The translations under genes and the position numbers were made by a program. A stretch of 64,000 nt of DNA from Thermoplasmata archaeon (lineage in GTDB: Archaea; Thermoplasmatota; Thermoplasmata; Lutacidiplasmatales; UBA184). The stretch covers positions 2,508-66,507 of the forward strand of contig JBEKJG010000004.1 in NCBI GenBank assembly GCA_050011355.1. Reading direction: 5' to 3'. Below the pieces are notes generated by a model, which was not told where the DNA came from, searched no databases, and saw nothing but the letters and a program-made list of their open reading frames with translations. Shown piece after piece: positions 1-9,712 of this stretch (its first letter is position 1; the number at the start of each line of letters is the position of its first letter).

Positions 1-1230
1 GCCGATCTCCTTGGGGAGGCCAGCTACTCCTCCTGGATCGCCGACCTCGACTCGGGGGACGTGGTCGGGGCCGAAGGGGTGCCCGCCCTGTCCCGCCGGG
101 GTGAGCCCTCGCTGGTCGTCCGAGAGCTCCACCTCCTCGCGAAGGCGATCGCCCCCCCGCCCGAGAAGTTCCACGGGCTCCAGGATGTGGAGGAGCGGCT
201 GCGGCGACGGTACCTCGACCTCCTCTCTTCGGCCGACTCCCGGCAACGCTTCCGGATCCGCTCCCTCCTCACGCGGGAGACGCGCTCGTTCTTCGAGGAG
301 GCCGGCTTCCTCGAGGTCGAGACGTCGGTCCTCGTGCCGCTCGCGGGAGGAGCGGCGGCCGAACCCTTCGTCACCCGGTCGAACTACCTCGCCCAGGACG
401 TCCAGCTCCGCATCGCCCTGGAGCTGCCATTGAAGCGCCTCATCGTGGGAGGTCTCGAACGGGTCTTCGAGCTCGCGAAGTGCTTCCGCAACGAGGACCT
501 CGACACCACCCACTCGCCCGAGTTCACGATGCTCGAGGCCTACTGGGCGTACGCCGACTACCAGGACATGCAGGTCCTGACCGAGCGACTCTACCAGCGC
601 CTGGCCGCCCGCGCCGCGTCGCTCCTCCCCGACGTCCCCGAGGCGCAGGAGGCCGCCCGGGAGTTTGCCGCGGGGATCTCGAAGGTCGACTTCGTGGACG
701 AGCTCGAGCGACTGAGCGGGATCGCAGGGCTGGCCGAGAAGAGCGCGGACCAGCTGCGCGACCTTGCGCGGGCCGCCGGCTCGACCGTTCCCGCCGACTC
801 CCCGCCCGGGGTGTTCCTGGACAAGCTGTTCGAGCACTACGTCGAACCGACCCTGACGCGGCCGACGTTCGTGATGGACCACCCCGTCTCCACCACGCCG
901 CTCGCGAAGCGCCACCGCCGGCTCGCGGGCCGGGTCGAACGGTTCGAGTTCTTCTTCCGGGGGTTCGAGCTCGGGAACGCGTATTCCGAGCTCACGGACC
1001 CGGACGAGCAGGAACGCCGGTTCCAGGAGCAGCTCGAGGCCCGGGCGGAGTACCGGTATGCCTACGATGCGGACTTCATCCGCGCGCTCCGGCACGGGAT
1101 GCCCCCGACCACCGGGATCGGCATCGGGATCGATCGGATGGTGATGGCCCTCACGGGGACCCCGTCCATCAAGGACGTGATCCTCTTCCCCCTCGTCCGT
1201 TCGACGGAGCCTCCGAACCCACGGGGTTAA
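1..1230 (+). CDS. lysS: Lysine--tRNA ligase, class II (5' partial)
   Basis: Frame open from base 1. Contains RRRYLDL, GGAAAEPF, motif 2 FRNEDLDTTHSPEF, ELGNAYSEL and motif 3 GIGIGIDR. Confidence 0.95.
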   Translation, partial: ADLLGEASYSSWIADLDSGDVVGAEGVPALSRRGEPSLVVRELHLLAKAIAPPPEKFHGLQDVEERLRRRYLDLLSSADSRQRFRIRSLLTRETRSFFEEAGFLEVETSVLVPLAGGAAAEPFVTRSNYLAQDVQLRIALELPLKRLIVGGLERVFELAKCFRNEDLDTTHSPEFTMLEAYWAYADYQDMQVLTERLYQRLAARAASLLPDVPEAQEAAREFAAGISKVDFVDELERLSGIAGLAEKSADQLRDLARAAGSTVPADSPPGVFLDKLFEHYVEPTLTRPTFVMDHPVSTTPLAKRHRRLAGRVERFEFFFRGFELGNAYSELTDPDEQERRFQEQLEARAEYRYAYDADFIRALRHGMPPTTGIGIGIDRMVMALTGTPSIKDVILFPLVRSTEPPNPRG

Positions 1231-1255
1231 GCCTCCGCTCGCCCGGGGGTGCGCG

Positions 1256-2056
1256 ATGGAGCCCGCGCCCGCGAGCGGAACCGGGATGCCGCTCCGGGTC
1301 GACGACCTCTCGGTCGTGTACGGGGAGCGGCGGGCCGTCGAACGCCTCAGCCTCGAGGTCCGGCCCGGCGAGATCTACGGGCTGCTCGGGTCGAACGGGG
1401 CGGGGAAGTCGAGCACGATCAAGTCGATCGTCGGGCTCGTCCGTCCCGCCGGTGGGTCGATCCGGGTCTTCGACCACGACGTGCAGGCCGAAGCCCTCGC
1501 CGCGAAGGCCCTCATCGGGTACGTCCCCGAGACGTCGATGCTGTACGAGGCGCTGACCCCGCACGAGTTCCTCGAGTTCGTCGCGGGGGTCCGTCGACTC
1601 GACCCGGAAACGGCGGCTCGCCGGACGCGCGACCTCGTCACCGCCTTCCGCCTGGTCGACGAGTTCGAGGAGCCCATCGCGTCCCTCTCGAACGGCACCC
1701 GCCAGAAGGTCCTCGTGGTCGCAGCGCTCCTCCACCAGCCGCCGCTGCTCGTCCTGGACGAGCCGCTGAACCACCTCGACCCGCGCTCGCTCCGCCTCAT
1801 GAAGGACCTCCTGACCCAGTACGTGAAGAACGGCACGCGCGGCGTTCTGTTCTCGACCCACGCCATGGAGATCGCGGAGCAGCTCTGTCACCGCGTCGGC
1901 ATCCTGGACCACGGTGTCCTGCGGGGCGAGGGCTCGCTCGCCGCCCTACGGGAGCGGGGCGCCACGGGTGACGCGTCGCTCGAGGAGATATTCCTCCACC
2001 TCACCCAGGAGGATGAAGGGGTCCGGGCCGCCCTTGCCTCCTTGGAGCGCACCTAG
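1256..2056 (+). CDS. ABC transporter ATP-binding protein
   Basis: Walker A GSNGAGKS, signature LSNGTRQK, Walker B LVLDEP, H-loop STH. Confidence 0.93.
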   Translation: MEPAPASGTGMPLRVDDLSVVYGERRAVERLSLEVRPGEIYGLLGSNGAGKSSTIKSIVGLVRPAGGSIRVFDHDVQAEALAAKALIGYVPETSMLYEALTPHEFLEFVAGVRRLDPETAARRTRDLVTAFRLVDEFEEPIASLSNGTRQKVLVVAALLHQPPLLVLDEPLNHLDPRSLRLMKDLLTQYVKNGTRGVLFSTHAMEIAEQLCHRVGILDHGVLRGEGSLAALRERGATGDASLEEIFLHLTQEDEGVRAALASLERT

Positions 2057-2057
2057 G

Positions 2058-3725
2058 ATGGCCTGGCGGGTGGCCCTCCGGCTCAGCCGGGTCGCGTTCA
2101 TCGAGCTCTCCTTCCAGGCCATCTACGCGTTCCGGCAGGGCAATGTCCTCCCGCCGGGCGACGCCTCCAAGTTGAGCTCGCGCGCGCGCAGCCGGGTCCT
2201 GCAGAGTAAGGCCCTGGTCGCCGGACTGCTCGGATTCCTGACGGTCGGCGCGGCGCTCATCCTGCACGATGCGAGCTTCGTCGCGGCCCGGCTCCTGCCC
2301 AACCCGATCCCGGTGCCGGTCTTCCAGGCGGGCGTCCTCACGGCGCTCCTCAGCCTCGACGTGGCCTTCCTCTGGTGGACCGGCCTCCAGGTCCTCCCGA
2401 CGTTCCTGTCGGCGGGAGTGCTGCCGGTGCTCGAGCCGTTGCCGATCGACGGGCTCACGCTCCGCCAGACGGCCGTCATCCTGTACTTCCGGCTGTTCGA
2501 CGTTCCGGTCCTCACGCTCCTCGTGCTCACCCCGCTCGTGGTGGGACTCGCGCTCACCCCGCTCGCGGGGCTCGCGATCCTCCCCGGGGTCGCGACCGCG
2601 GTGGTGTTCGCGCTCGCCCTCGCGCTCGTCACCGGACGGTTCTTCGTGCGTCGGGTCCAGGGGTCGAGGGGGGGCGGGGGCCGGTCGCTGCTCCGGTGGA
2701 CCTACCTCGTCCTCTGGGTCGTGCCCGCCTTCGGGCTGTTCGGTTTCGTCACGCTCGCCCCCGCCTTCTTCGGGGCGCTGACCGCGCTGGCCGCCGCCGG
2801 GCCGTCCGCGGGGTTCGACGCCCTCTGGGCGACCTTCCCGTTCTCACTGGCCTCCCTTCCGGCACTGCTCTCCGACGGCACCACCGCGCTGCCCGTCGGG
2901 ACGGTCGGACTCTACGTGTTGCTCGGTGCCTGCGCCGGCTACCTCCTCCTCGGGGCGTTCGCCGCCCTCTGGATGGGCCGCGCGATCCGTGAGGTCGGGA
3001 TCACGCCCCCCGGGGTCCCGGTCGCTGTGGACTCGGCCCCTCCCACGCTGCGGACGACCGGGCCGGTGTACGCGGTCCTGGTCAAGGACCTGCGGATGGC
3101 GAGCCGAACGCCCGGGTATGCCTTCCTCATTCTCCTGCCGATCCTGGATGCCGTCGCCCTCGGCCTTCTCACGTACGTGTCGGGCCCGAGACCCGGCACG
3201 GGGACCTCGCTCGCCCTCGGGGCGGTCACGACCGCGGCACTCCTCGCAACCTTCTTCGGACCGGCGTTCTTCGCCATCGAGGTGGTCGCCTACTCCTACG
3301 GGCGGACGCTTCCGCTCCCCGACCGAACCCTCGTCCTCGGGAAGGTCTCCCTGATCGCGGCCATCTACCTCGTCGCCGCCGGCCTCGTGCTGGCGATCGC
3401 CCTCCTCCGGGTCGACCAGCCGGTCGTCTTCGTCGGATACGTTGCCGCGGAGTTCCCGGCCGTCATCGCGGCAGCCCTGCTGGAGCTCGGCGTCCTCCTC
3501 CGACGCGCCCGGAAGCGCGGCCTGCCCCTCGTGAACCTCTATACGGGGGCCTGGGTGGCGGTGCTCGTGTCGATCCCGGGCCTCCTCGTGGCGTCCGCCC
3601 CGCTGGTCACCTTCGAGGCGTTCCACGCGTACCCCCACTCGGTGGCGATCGGCGCGATGGCCCTCGTCGCGCTGGGGAGCCTCGCGCTCATCGCTCCGTT
3701 CGTGCTGCGGCGGAGGGACTCGTGA
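2058..3725 (+). CDS. Polytopic membrane protein, probable ABC exporter permease
   Basis: ATG at 2058, 1 nt after the ATPase stop. About 12-14 hydrophobic segments. Confidence 0.75.
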   Translation: MAWRVALRLSRVAFIELSFQAIYAFRQGNVLPPGDASKLSSRARSRVLQSKALVAGLLGFLTVGAALILHDASFVAARLLPNPIPVPVFQAGVLTALLSLDVAFLWWTGLQVLPTFLSAGVLPVLEPLPIDGLTLRQTAVILYFRLFDVPVLTLLVLTPLVVGLALTPLAGLAILPGVATAVVFALALALVTGRFFVRRVQGSRGGGGRSLLRWTYLVLWVVPAFGLFGFVTLAPAFFGALTALAAAGPSAGFDALWATFPFSLASLPALLSDGTTALPVGTVGLYVLLGACAGYLLLGAFAALWMGRAIREVGITPPGVPVAVDSAPPTLRTTGPVYAVLVKDLRMASRTPGYAFLILLPILDAVALGLLTYVSGPRPGTGTSLALGAVTTAALLATFFGPAFFAIEVVAYSYGRTLPLPDRTLVLGKVSLIAAIYLVAAGLVLAIALLRVDQPVVFVGYVAAEFPAVIAAALLELGVLLRRARKRGLPLVNLYTGAWVAVLVSIPGLLVASAPLVTFEAFHAYPHSVAIGAMALVALGSLALIAPFVLRRRDS

Positions 3726-6400
3726 GCGACCCGGCGCTGCCCCCTCGGTTCGACCCCCGCGAGATCGAGGCGCGCTGGCAGGAGGCCTGGGCGCGCGCGG
3801 AGACCTTCCGCGCACCGGACCGGCCCGGCCCGTCGCCGTTCTCGCTCATCCTTCCCCCGCCGAACGTCACGGGCGTGCTCACGCTCGGCCACATGCTGGG
3901 CGACACGGTCATGGACCTCCTCGTGCGATACCATCGAATGTCGGGACGATCCACGCTCTGGGTCCCCGGGCTCGACCATGCGGGACTTGCGACCCAGGTG
4001 GCCGTGCGGCGAGCCCTGGCCAAGGAGGGCGTCCGGCTGGAGCACCTCCCCCGGGAAGAGGCGGTCGCCCAGGTCGAGAAGTGGCGGGCGACCCGGGAGG
4101 CGCGGATCCGGGAGCAGACCCTCGCGGCCGGGTTCTCGGTCGACTGGACCCGGTACCGATACACGATGGACCCGGGCGCCGTACGCGCGACCCGCGAGGT
4201 GTTCGTCCGGCTCTACCACGAGGACCTCATCTACCGTGCGGAGCGGATGGTCAACTGGGACCCCCGGCTCCAGACGGCGATCTCGGACCTCGAGGTCGTC
4301 CACACCGAGGAGACCGGCTCGCTCGTCTACCTCCAGTATCCCTGGGCGGATGGCTCCCCCGGCGGTCTCGAGGTCGCCACCGTGCGCCCCGAGACGATCT
4401 TCGGTGACGTGGCCGTCGCCGTCCACCCGGACGATCCCCGTCAGACCGCGGCCCTCGGCCGCGAGGTGCTCGTCCCGATCACCCGCCGGCCGATCCCGGT
4501 GATCGCCGACCCGGCGATCGACCCGACGTTCGGCTCGGGCGCCCTCAAGGTCACCCCCCGCCACGACCTCGTCGACTACGAGGTGTTCCAGCGACATCCG
4601 GGGCTGCCGATGCCCCCGGACATCATCGACGCGGGAGGGCGGCTGGCGAGCGATTGGGTCCCGGAGGGGATCCGGGGCCTCGACCGGGATGCCGGCCGGA
4701 AGGAGACGCTGGACCGGCTTCGCGCGGAAGGGTATCTCCTGCGCGAGGTGCCGTACCGCCATGCCGTGGCGCGCTCCGAGCGGTCGGACGCCGTGGTCGA
4801 GCCTCGGCTCTCCATCCAGTGGTTCGTGCGGATCCGGCCGCTGGCCGAACCGGCGGTCCGGTCGGTCCAGGAGGGGCGGGTGCGGATCCACCCCGAGCGA
4901 TGGACCCTCACGTTCTACCGGTGGATGGAGACGATCCAGGACTGGTGCATCTCGCGTCAGGTGTTCTGGGGGCACCCGATCCCCGTCTACCACTGCACGC
5001 CGTGCGGGCACGACACCGTGACCGTCGTGGTCCCGGAGACGTGCGAGGCGTGCGGCTCCTCGGAGCTCGTCTCCGACCCCGACGTGCTCGACACCTGGTT
5101 CACCTCATGGTTGTGGCCGTTCGCGGCGCTCGGTTGGCCCGAGGAGACGTCCGACCTGGCCCACTACTACCCCACGAGCCTCCTCGTCACCGGCCGGGAC
5201 ATCATGTTCTTCTGGGTCGCCCGGATGATGATGGCCGGCGAACACTTCACCGGCCGCGCCCCGTTCTCGGACGTGTACTTCACCGGCATGCTCCGCGACG
5301 AGACCGGCCGGAAGCTCTCGAAAAGCCTCGGGAACTCCCCCGACCCGCTCGACACGATGCGCGAGCGGGGGGCGGACGCGATGCGCTTCGCCCTGCTCTT
5401 CCCGAACCCCACCGAGGAGGACGGCCCGTTCGGGGGCCACACGCTCGAGGGTGGGGCGCACTTCCTGACCAAGGTCTGGAACCTCGTCCGCTTCACGCTG
5501 ATGCACCTCCCCCCCGGCACGCCGGCGCCCGCCGCCCCACCGGCACTCGCGCCGTCCGCGCCGCTCGAGCACCGGTGGATCCTCTCCCGGTGGCGCCGCA
5601 CCGCGGAGGAGGTCGACCGCGCCCTGGCCGCGTTCGAGCCCGGCCGCGCCTCGACGGCGGTCTACACCTTCCTCTGGCACGATCTGGCCGACCGGTACGT
5701 CGAGATCGTCAAGGAAAGCCTGCAGGGCCACCGCGGCGAGCCGGCCGCGCGCGACGCGCGCGACACCCTGCTCTACGTGGTGGAACGGACGGTGCGACTC
5801 CTCCACCCCTTCGCCCCCCACATCACCGAGGAGCTCTGGCACGCGCTTCCCCACGACGGCGAGCTCCTCGCGTCGGCCCGCTGGCCCGTGTCGGGCGAAG
5901 CGCCCGCCGACCCGGCCGCCGAGCTCGAGATGGAGACCGTCCTGGAGGCGGTCCGCCTCCTGCGCAACCTTCGGGCCGAGGAGCACGTCCCGCTCGATAC
6001 CGTCCCGCCCGCCTGGGTCCGTCCCGGCGGACCGGAGGTCGCCGAGCTGCTCCGCCGGGAGGTCGGAACCCTCGAGCGGCTCGCGCGCGTGCATCCGGTC
6101 GCCTTCCTCGACGCCGGGGCTCCGCCCCCTCCGCAGGCGGCCAGCCGCGTCGCCGCCCTGGGAGAGTGCTACATCGAACGTCCCGCGGCCGGTGCCGAAG
6201 CCTCGGAGGCGCTCCAGAAGGAGCGGACCAAGATCGCGGCGTTGCTCGAGAAGACCCGCGCCCGGCTGGCGGACGAGGGATTCCGGGCCCGGGCCCCTCC
6301 CGAGGTGGTCCGGGAGGCGGAGGAGAAGGCCCGGGAGCTGGCCGAACGGATCGCCCGCATCGACGAACACTTGAAGGCGGAGGCTTCGTCCCCGCCATGA
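3722..6400 (+). CDS. valS: Valine--tRNA ligase (bacterial-type, with C-terminal coiled coil)
   Basis: PPPNVTG, GLDHAGLATQ, ATVRPET, DWCISRQ, DVLDTWFTS, KLSKSLGN and a C-terminal F..RAPPEVV coiled-coil arm. Confidence 0.95.
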   Translation: MSDPALPPRFDPREIEARWQEAWARAETFRAPDRPGPSPFSLILPPPNVTGVLTLGHMLGDTVMDLLVRYHRMSGRSTLWVPGLDHAGLATQVAVRRALAKEGVRLEHLPREEAVAQVEKWRATREARIREQTLAAGFSVDWTRYRYTMDPGAVRATREVFVRLYHEDLIYRAERMVNWDPRLQTAISDLEVVHTEETGSLVYLQYPWADGSPGGLEVATVRPETIFGDVAVAVHPDDPRQTAALGREVLVPITRRPIPVIADPAIDPTFGSGALKVTPRHDLVDYEVFQRHPGLPMPPDIIDAGGRLASDWVPEGIRGLDRDAGRKETLDRLRAEGYLLREVPYRHAVARSERSDAVVEPRLSIQWFVRIRPLAEPAVRSVQEGRVRIHPERWTLTFYRWMETIQDWCISRQVFWGHPIPVYHCTPCGHDTVTVVVPETCEACGSSELVSDPDVLDTWFTSWLWPFAALGWPEETSDLAHYYPTSLLVTGRDIMFFWVARMMMAGEHFTGRAPFSDVYFTGMLRDETGRKLSKSLGNSPDPLDTMRERGADAMRFALLFPNPTEEDGPFGGHTLEGGAHFLTKVWNLVRFTLMHLPPGTPAPAAPPALAPSAPLEHRWILSRWRRTAEEVDRALAAFEPGRASTAVYTFLWHDLADRYVEIVKESLQGHRGEPAARDARDTLLYVVERTVRLLHPFAPHITEELWHALPHDGELLASARWPVSGEAPADPAAELEMETVLEAVRLLRNLRAEEHVPLDTVPPAWVRPGGPEVAELLRREVGTLERLARVHPVAFLDAGAPPPPQAASRVAALGECYIERPAAGAEASEALQKERTKIAALLEKTRARLADEGFRARAPPEVVREAEEKARELAERIARIDEHLKAEASSPP

Positions 6401-7398
6401 CCGCCCGGACCACGAAGACCCCGGCCCGACGCCCCCGCAAGCCCACGCCCGGTACGCCGGGTCCGAAGGCCCCCTTCATCGGTTCGATCCCCCTCGCCGC
6501 CGGGCGGAAAGAGCACCCCGCGCTCGGGATCGGACTCTGGGCGGTCGGCCGATGGACGCCCACGGACGAGGCGAAGACCAAGGCGACGATCGGGCGGGCC
6601 TACGAGAAGGGGTTCCGCTGGTTCGACACGGCCGAGGTCTACGGGAACGGGCGGTCGGAGCGGATCCTCGGCGACGTCCTCCTCCGGGCCGCCGGCGGCG
6701 CCCCCGACGCGTTCGTGACGACCAAGGTCTCGTGGGAGCACCTCCGTCCGGCGCAGGTCCGCGCGAGCCTCATCAACAGCCTGGAGCGCCTCGGTCGCCC
6801 CACCGTCGACCTCTACCTCATTCACGCTCCGGACCCGAAGGTCCCGCTCGCCCAGACGCTGCCCGCCCTCGAGGCCCTCTGGAAGGAGGGCCGGGTCGGC
6901 GCCGTCGGCGTCTCGAACTTCGGTGTGGAGGAGCTCGAGGAGGCGGCGCGCCACCTCTCCGCGACCCCGATCGTCGTCAACCAGGTCCGCTACAACCTGT
7001 TCGACCGGGACGAGGCGGAGCCCGTGCGGGAGTACTGCCGCGCCCACCGGATCCTCATCGAGGCGTACTCCCCGCTCGCCCGCGGCCTCCTCCACGGCCG
7101 CTACCTGGACCGCGAGAAGCCGACCGCCGAGTTCAAGCGGTTCATCCAGCGGCAGTCGGAGACCGACCTCCTGCCGGAGGTGCTTCGGCGCGCCCGCGCC
7201 CTCCGGGACCTCGCCCAGGAGGCAAACGTCCCGCTGGGGTCCATCGCACTGCACTGGCTCGCGCGGAACGGGGCCGCCCCCATCGTGGGCGCGAGCCGTC
7301 CGGAACAGGTCGACGGCAACCTCGCCGCGTGGGCCGTCCGACCGGACGACGCGGTCCTCGACCGAGCGGATGCGATCGCCCGGGGCGACCGTGCTTAA
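6397..7398 (+). CDS. Aldo/keto reductase
   Basis: FDTAEVYGNGRSE, TKV, DLYLIHAPD, GVSNF, AYSPLARGLL. ATGA overlap with valS. Confidence 0.92.
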   Translation: MTARTTKTPARRPRKPTPGTPGPKAPFIGSIPLAAGRKEHPALGIGLWAVGRWTPTDEAKTKATIGRAYEKGFRWFDTAEVYGNGRSERILGDVLLRAAGGAPDAFVTTKVSWEHLRPAQVRASLINSLERLGRPTVDLYLIHAPDPKVPLAQTLPALEALWKEGRVGAVGVSNFGVEELEEAARHLSATPIVVNQVRYNLFDRDEAEPVREYCRAHRILIEAYSPLARGLLHGRYLDREKPTAEFKRFIQRQSETDLLPEVLRRARALRDLAQEANVPLGSIALHWLARNGAAPIVGASRPEQVDGNLAAWAVRPDDAVLDRADAIARGDRA

Positions 7399-8044
7399 AC
7401 TGGTCGCCATCGACATGGACGGGACGCTCGTCGACGTGGCGAGCTCGTGGGCCGCGATCCACCACCACTTCCGGGACCACAACGCGGACGGCCTGCGGGA
7501 CTTCCTCGCGGGGAAGATCGACGATCACGAGTTCATCCGCTCGGACGTCCGGATATGGCACCGGCACCTCCCCGACCTCCGCATCGAGGACCTGGAGGCG
7601 ATCCTCGACCGGGTGCCCCTCATGCCCGGCGCGGCGGCGCTCATCTCGGGACTGAAGGCCCGGGGCGTCCAGACCGCGATCATCAGCGGCGGGATCGACC
7701 TCCTCGCCCACCGGATCGCCCGGGAGCTCGGGATCGACCTCGCGCTCGCGAACGGGTTCCGTGTCACGGAGGACGGGCACCTCACGGGCGAGGGGATCGT
7801 CCGCGTCCCGATCTACGGGAAGGAGGGCGTGCTCGCCGGGCTCCAGCACCACCTCGGGGTACGCGTCGAGGAGACGGCCTCGATCGGCAACTCCGAGATC
7901 GACGTGGGGATGTTCCGTCGGAGCCGCGTGGGGGTCGCCTTCCTTCCCGAGGACGACACGGTCCGTCGGGGGGCCACGCACATCGTGACCGAGAAGGACC
8001 TCGGACGGGTCCTGGAGACGCTCCGCGATTTCCCGGACACGTAG
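7391..8044 (+). CDS. HAD-IB hydrolase, phosphoserine phosphatase (SerB)-like
   Basis: Motif I DMDGTL, motif II ISGG, conserved K, motif IV-like IGNSEID. Confidence 0.8.
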   Translation: MLKLVAIDMDGTLVDVASSWAAIHHHFRDHNADGLRDFLAGKIDDHEFIRSDVRIWHRHLPDLRIEDLEAILDRVPLMPGAAALISGLKARGVQTAIISGGIDLLAHRIARELGIDLALANGFRVTEDGHLTGEGIVRVPIYGKEGVLAGLQHHLGVRVEETASIGNSEIDVGMFRRSRVGVAFLPEDDTVRRGATHIVTEKDLGRVLETLRDFPDT

Positions 8045-8096
8045 CCGGACCCCGGGAACCCTTATCCCCCGCATTTCGGTTGCTCTACCGTTCTCG

Positions 8097-8714
8097 ATGG
8101 AAGCGTACCAGGCCCTCCTTGAACGCGCGCACACGAAGCTCCCGCCCGTCCGCACCGGCGGCGAGCGGTTCCAGGTGCCCGAGCCCGACGTGATGAGCGA
8201 CGGCAAGAACACGGTCATCCGGAACTTCCAGGAGATCACGACCGTCCTCCGCCGCGAGCCGGCGCACGTCATCGGCTACCTCGCCCGCGAGCTCGGCTGC
8301 CCCGGTGTGCTCGACGGGCCCCGCGGCGTCCTGAAGTCGCGCGTCAACAAGGACCAGATCGCCCAGCGGATCCGCGAGTACACCGCGAAGTACGTGATCT
8401 GCTCCGAGTGCAAGCGACCGGACACCCACCTCTCCAAGGACGGCCGGCTCACGATGCTCATCTGCGAGGCGTGCGGCGCCCAGCGGCCCGTCACGATGCG
8501 CCGGGTCGTCGCTCCCGAGAAGCCGCGCGCACCGGTCGAGGTCGGCGAGGTCTACCGCCTCCTGATCGAGGACGTCGGCCGCCGCGGGGACGGGGTCGCC
8601 AAGAAGGAGGGGTTCGTCATCTTCGTCACGGGCGCCAACCAGCGCGGCACGACCGTGAACGCGAAAGTGACCAAGGTCCTCGGCAACAACGCCTACGCCG
8701 TCGTCCAACCGTAA
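8097..8714 (+). CDS. eif2b: Translation initiation factor aIF-2 beta with C-terminal TRAM domain
   Basis: TVIRNF, LARELG, zinc ribbon CSECKRPDT...CEACGA, TRAM APVEVGE...GDGVAK.EGFVIFV. Confidence 0.93.
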   Translation: MEAYQALLERAHTKLPPVRTGGERFQVPEPDVMSDGKNTVIRNFQEITTVLRREPAHVIGYLARELGCPGVLDGPRGVLKSRVNKDQIAQRIREYTAKYVICSECKRPDTHLSKDGRLTMLICEACGAQRPVTMRRVVAPEKPRAPVEVGEVYRLLIEDVGRRGDGVAKKEGFVIFVTGANQRGTTVNAKVTKVLGNNAYAVVQP

Positions 8715-8720
8715 CCGACG

Positions 8721-9689
8721 ATGCGCAGTGTCCGCTGGCTCGGCCTGCTCGCCCTCTACGTCGGGGCGCAGACGGTCGGGCTGATCCTCGCGGACCCGTT
8801 CCGTTCGGCCGGCCTCGCGTCGAACTCGAACCCGCAGAGCGTCACCGCGCCGCTCCTCATCATCGCGCTCATCGTCATCGCGCCCCTCGCGATCCTCTAC
8901 CTCGTCCGGAAGAAGGGCGGGCCCGCGGCGCTCCGCCACTTGATCCTCGTCGGGATCGCCGCCGCGCTCTACATCACCCTGTTCGCGACCTTCTCCGTGC
9001 TCCCCCTCGGGAGCTACCTTCCTCCGCCGTTCGCGGCCGAGCTGAACCTCGACTGGGCGCTCGTGCTCGCCGGGACCGTGAGCGCGGTCCTCTACCTCGC
9101 GCTCCTGATGGAGCCGCAGTGGTGGGTGGTCGACCTGGTCGGGTTCCTGGCCGCCGGGGCGCTCATCGCGATCCTCGGGATCTCGTTCGCGCTCCTCCCG
9201 GTGTTCATCCTGCTCCTGGCGCTCATGGTCTACGACGCGATCGCCGTCTACCGCACGAAGCACATGATCTCGCTCGCCGACGTGGTCGTGGACATGAAGC
9301 TCCCGATCCTGATGGTCATGCCCGACTCGGCGGGGTATGACTACACGGCCGCCCCGTCCTTGAAGGAGCAGCGAGGCCAGGCGGTCACCGAGCGGGCGGC
9401 CCTCTTCATGGGCCTCGGGGACGTCGTGATCCCCGGAGCGCTCGTGACCTCCGCCTTCGCCTGGCTCCCGACCCATCCGCTCGTGCTCGGGGTCGGGGCC
9501 AACCTGGTCTGCGCCGTCGCGGCGATGGTCGGTTCGCTGGTGGGATACGCGGTGCTGATGCGGCTCGTGCTCCGCGGGAACCCCCAGGCGGGCCTGCCGT
9601 TCCTGAACGGGGGGGCGCTGATCGGCTACGTCGTCGCCTACTTGCTGATCTTCCACTCCTACGGCCTCGGCTTCACGGGAGCGCTTTAA
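8721..9689 (+). CDS. Presenilin/signal-peptide-peptidase-like GxGD intramembrane aspartyl protease
   Basis: YD (MVYDAIAVY), GLGD, PQAGLPFLN and about 9 TM segments. Confidence 0.9.
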   Translation: MRSVRWLGLLALYVGAQTVGLILADPFRSAGLASNSNPQSVTAPLLIIALIVIAPLAILYLVRKKGGPAALRHLILVGIAAALYITLFATFSVLPLGSYLPPPFAAELNLDWALVLAGTVSAVLYLALLMEPQWWVVDLVGFLAAGALIAILGISFALLPVFILLLALMVYDAIAVYRTKHMISLADVVVDMKLPILMVMPDSAGYDYTAAPSLKEQRGQAVTERAALFMGLGDVVIPGALVTSAFAWLPTHPLVLGVGANLVCAVAAMVGSLVGYAVLMRLVLRGNPQAGLPFLNGGALIGYVVAYLLIFHSYGLGFTGAL

Positions 9690-9712
9690 CTCCCGCGCGA
9701 CTCCGGCCTTCC

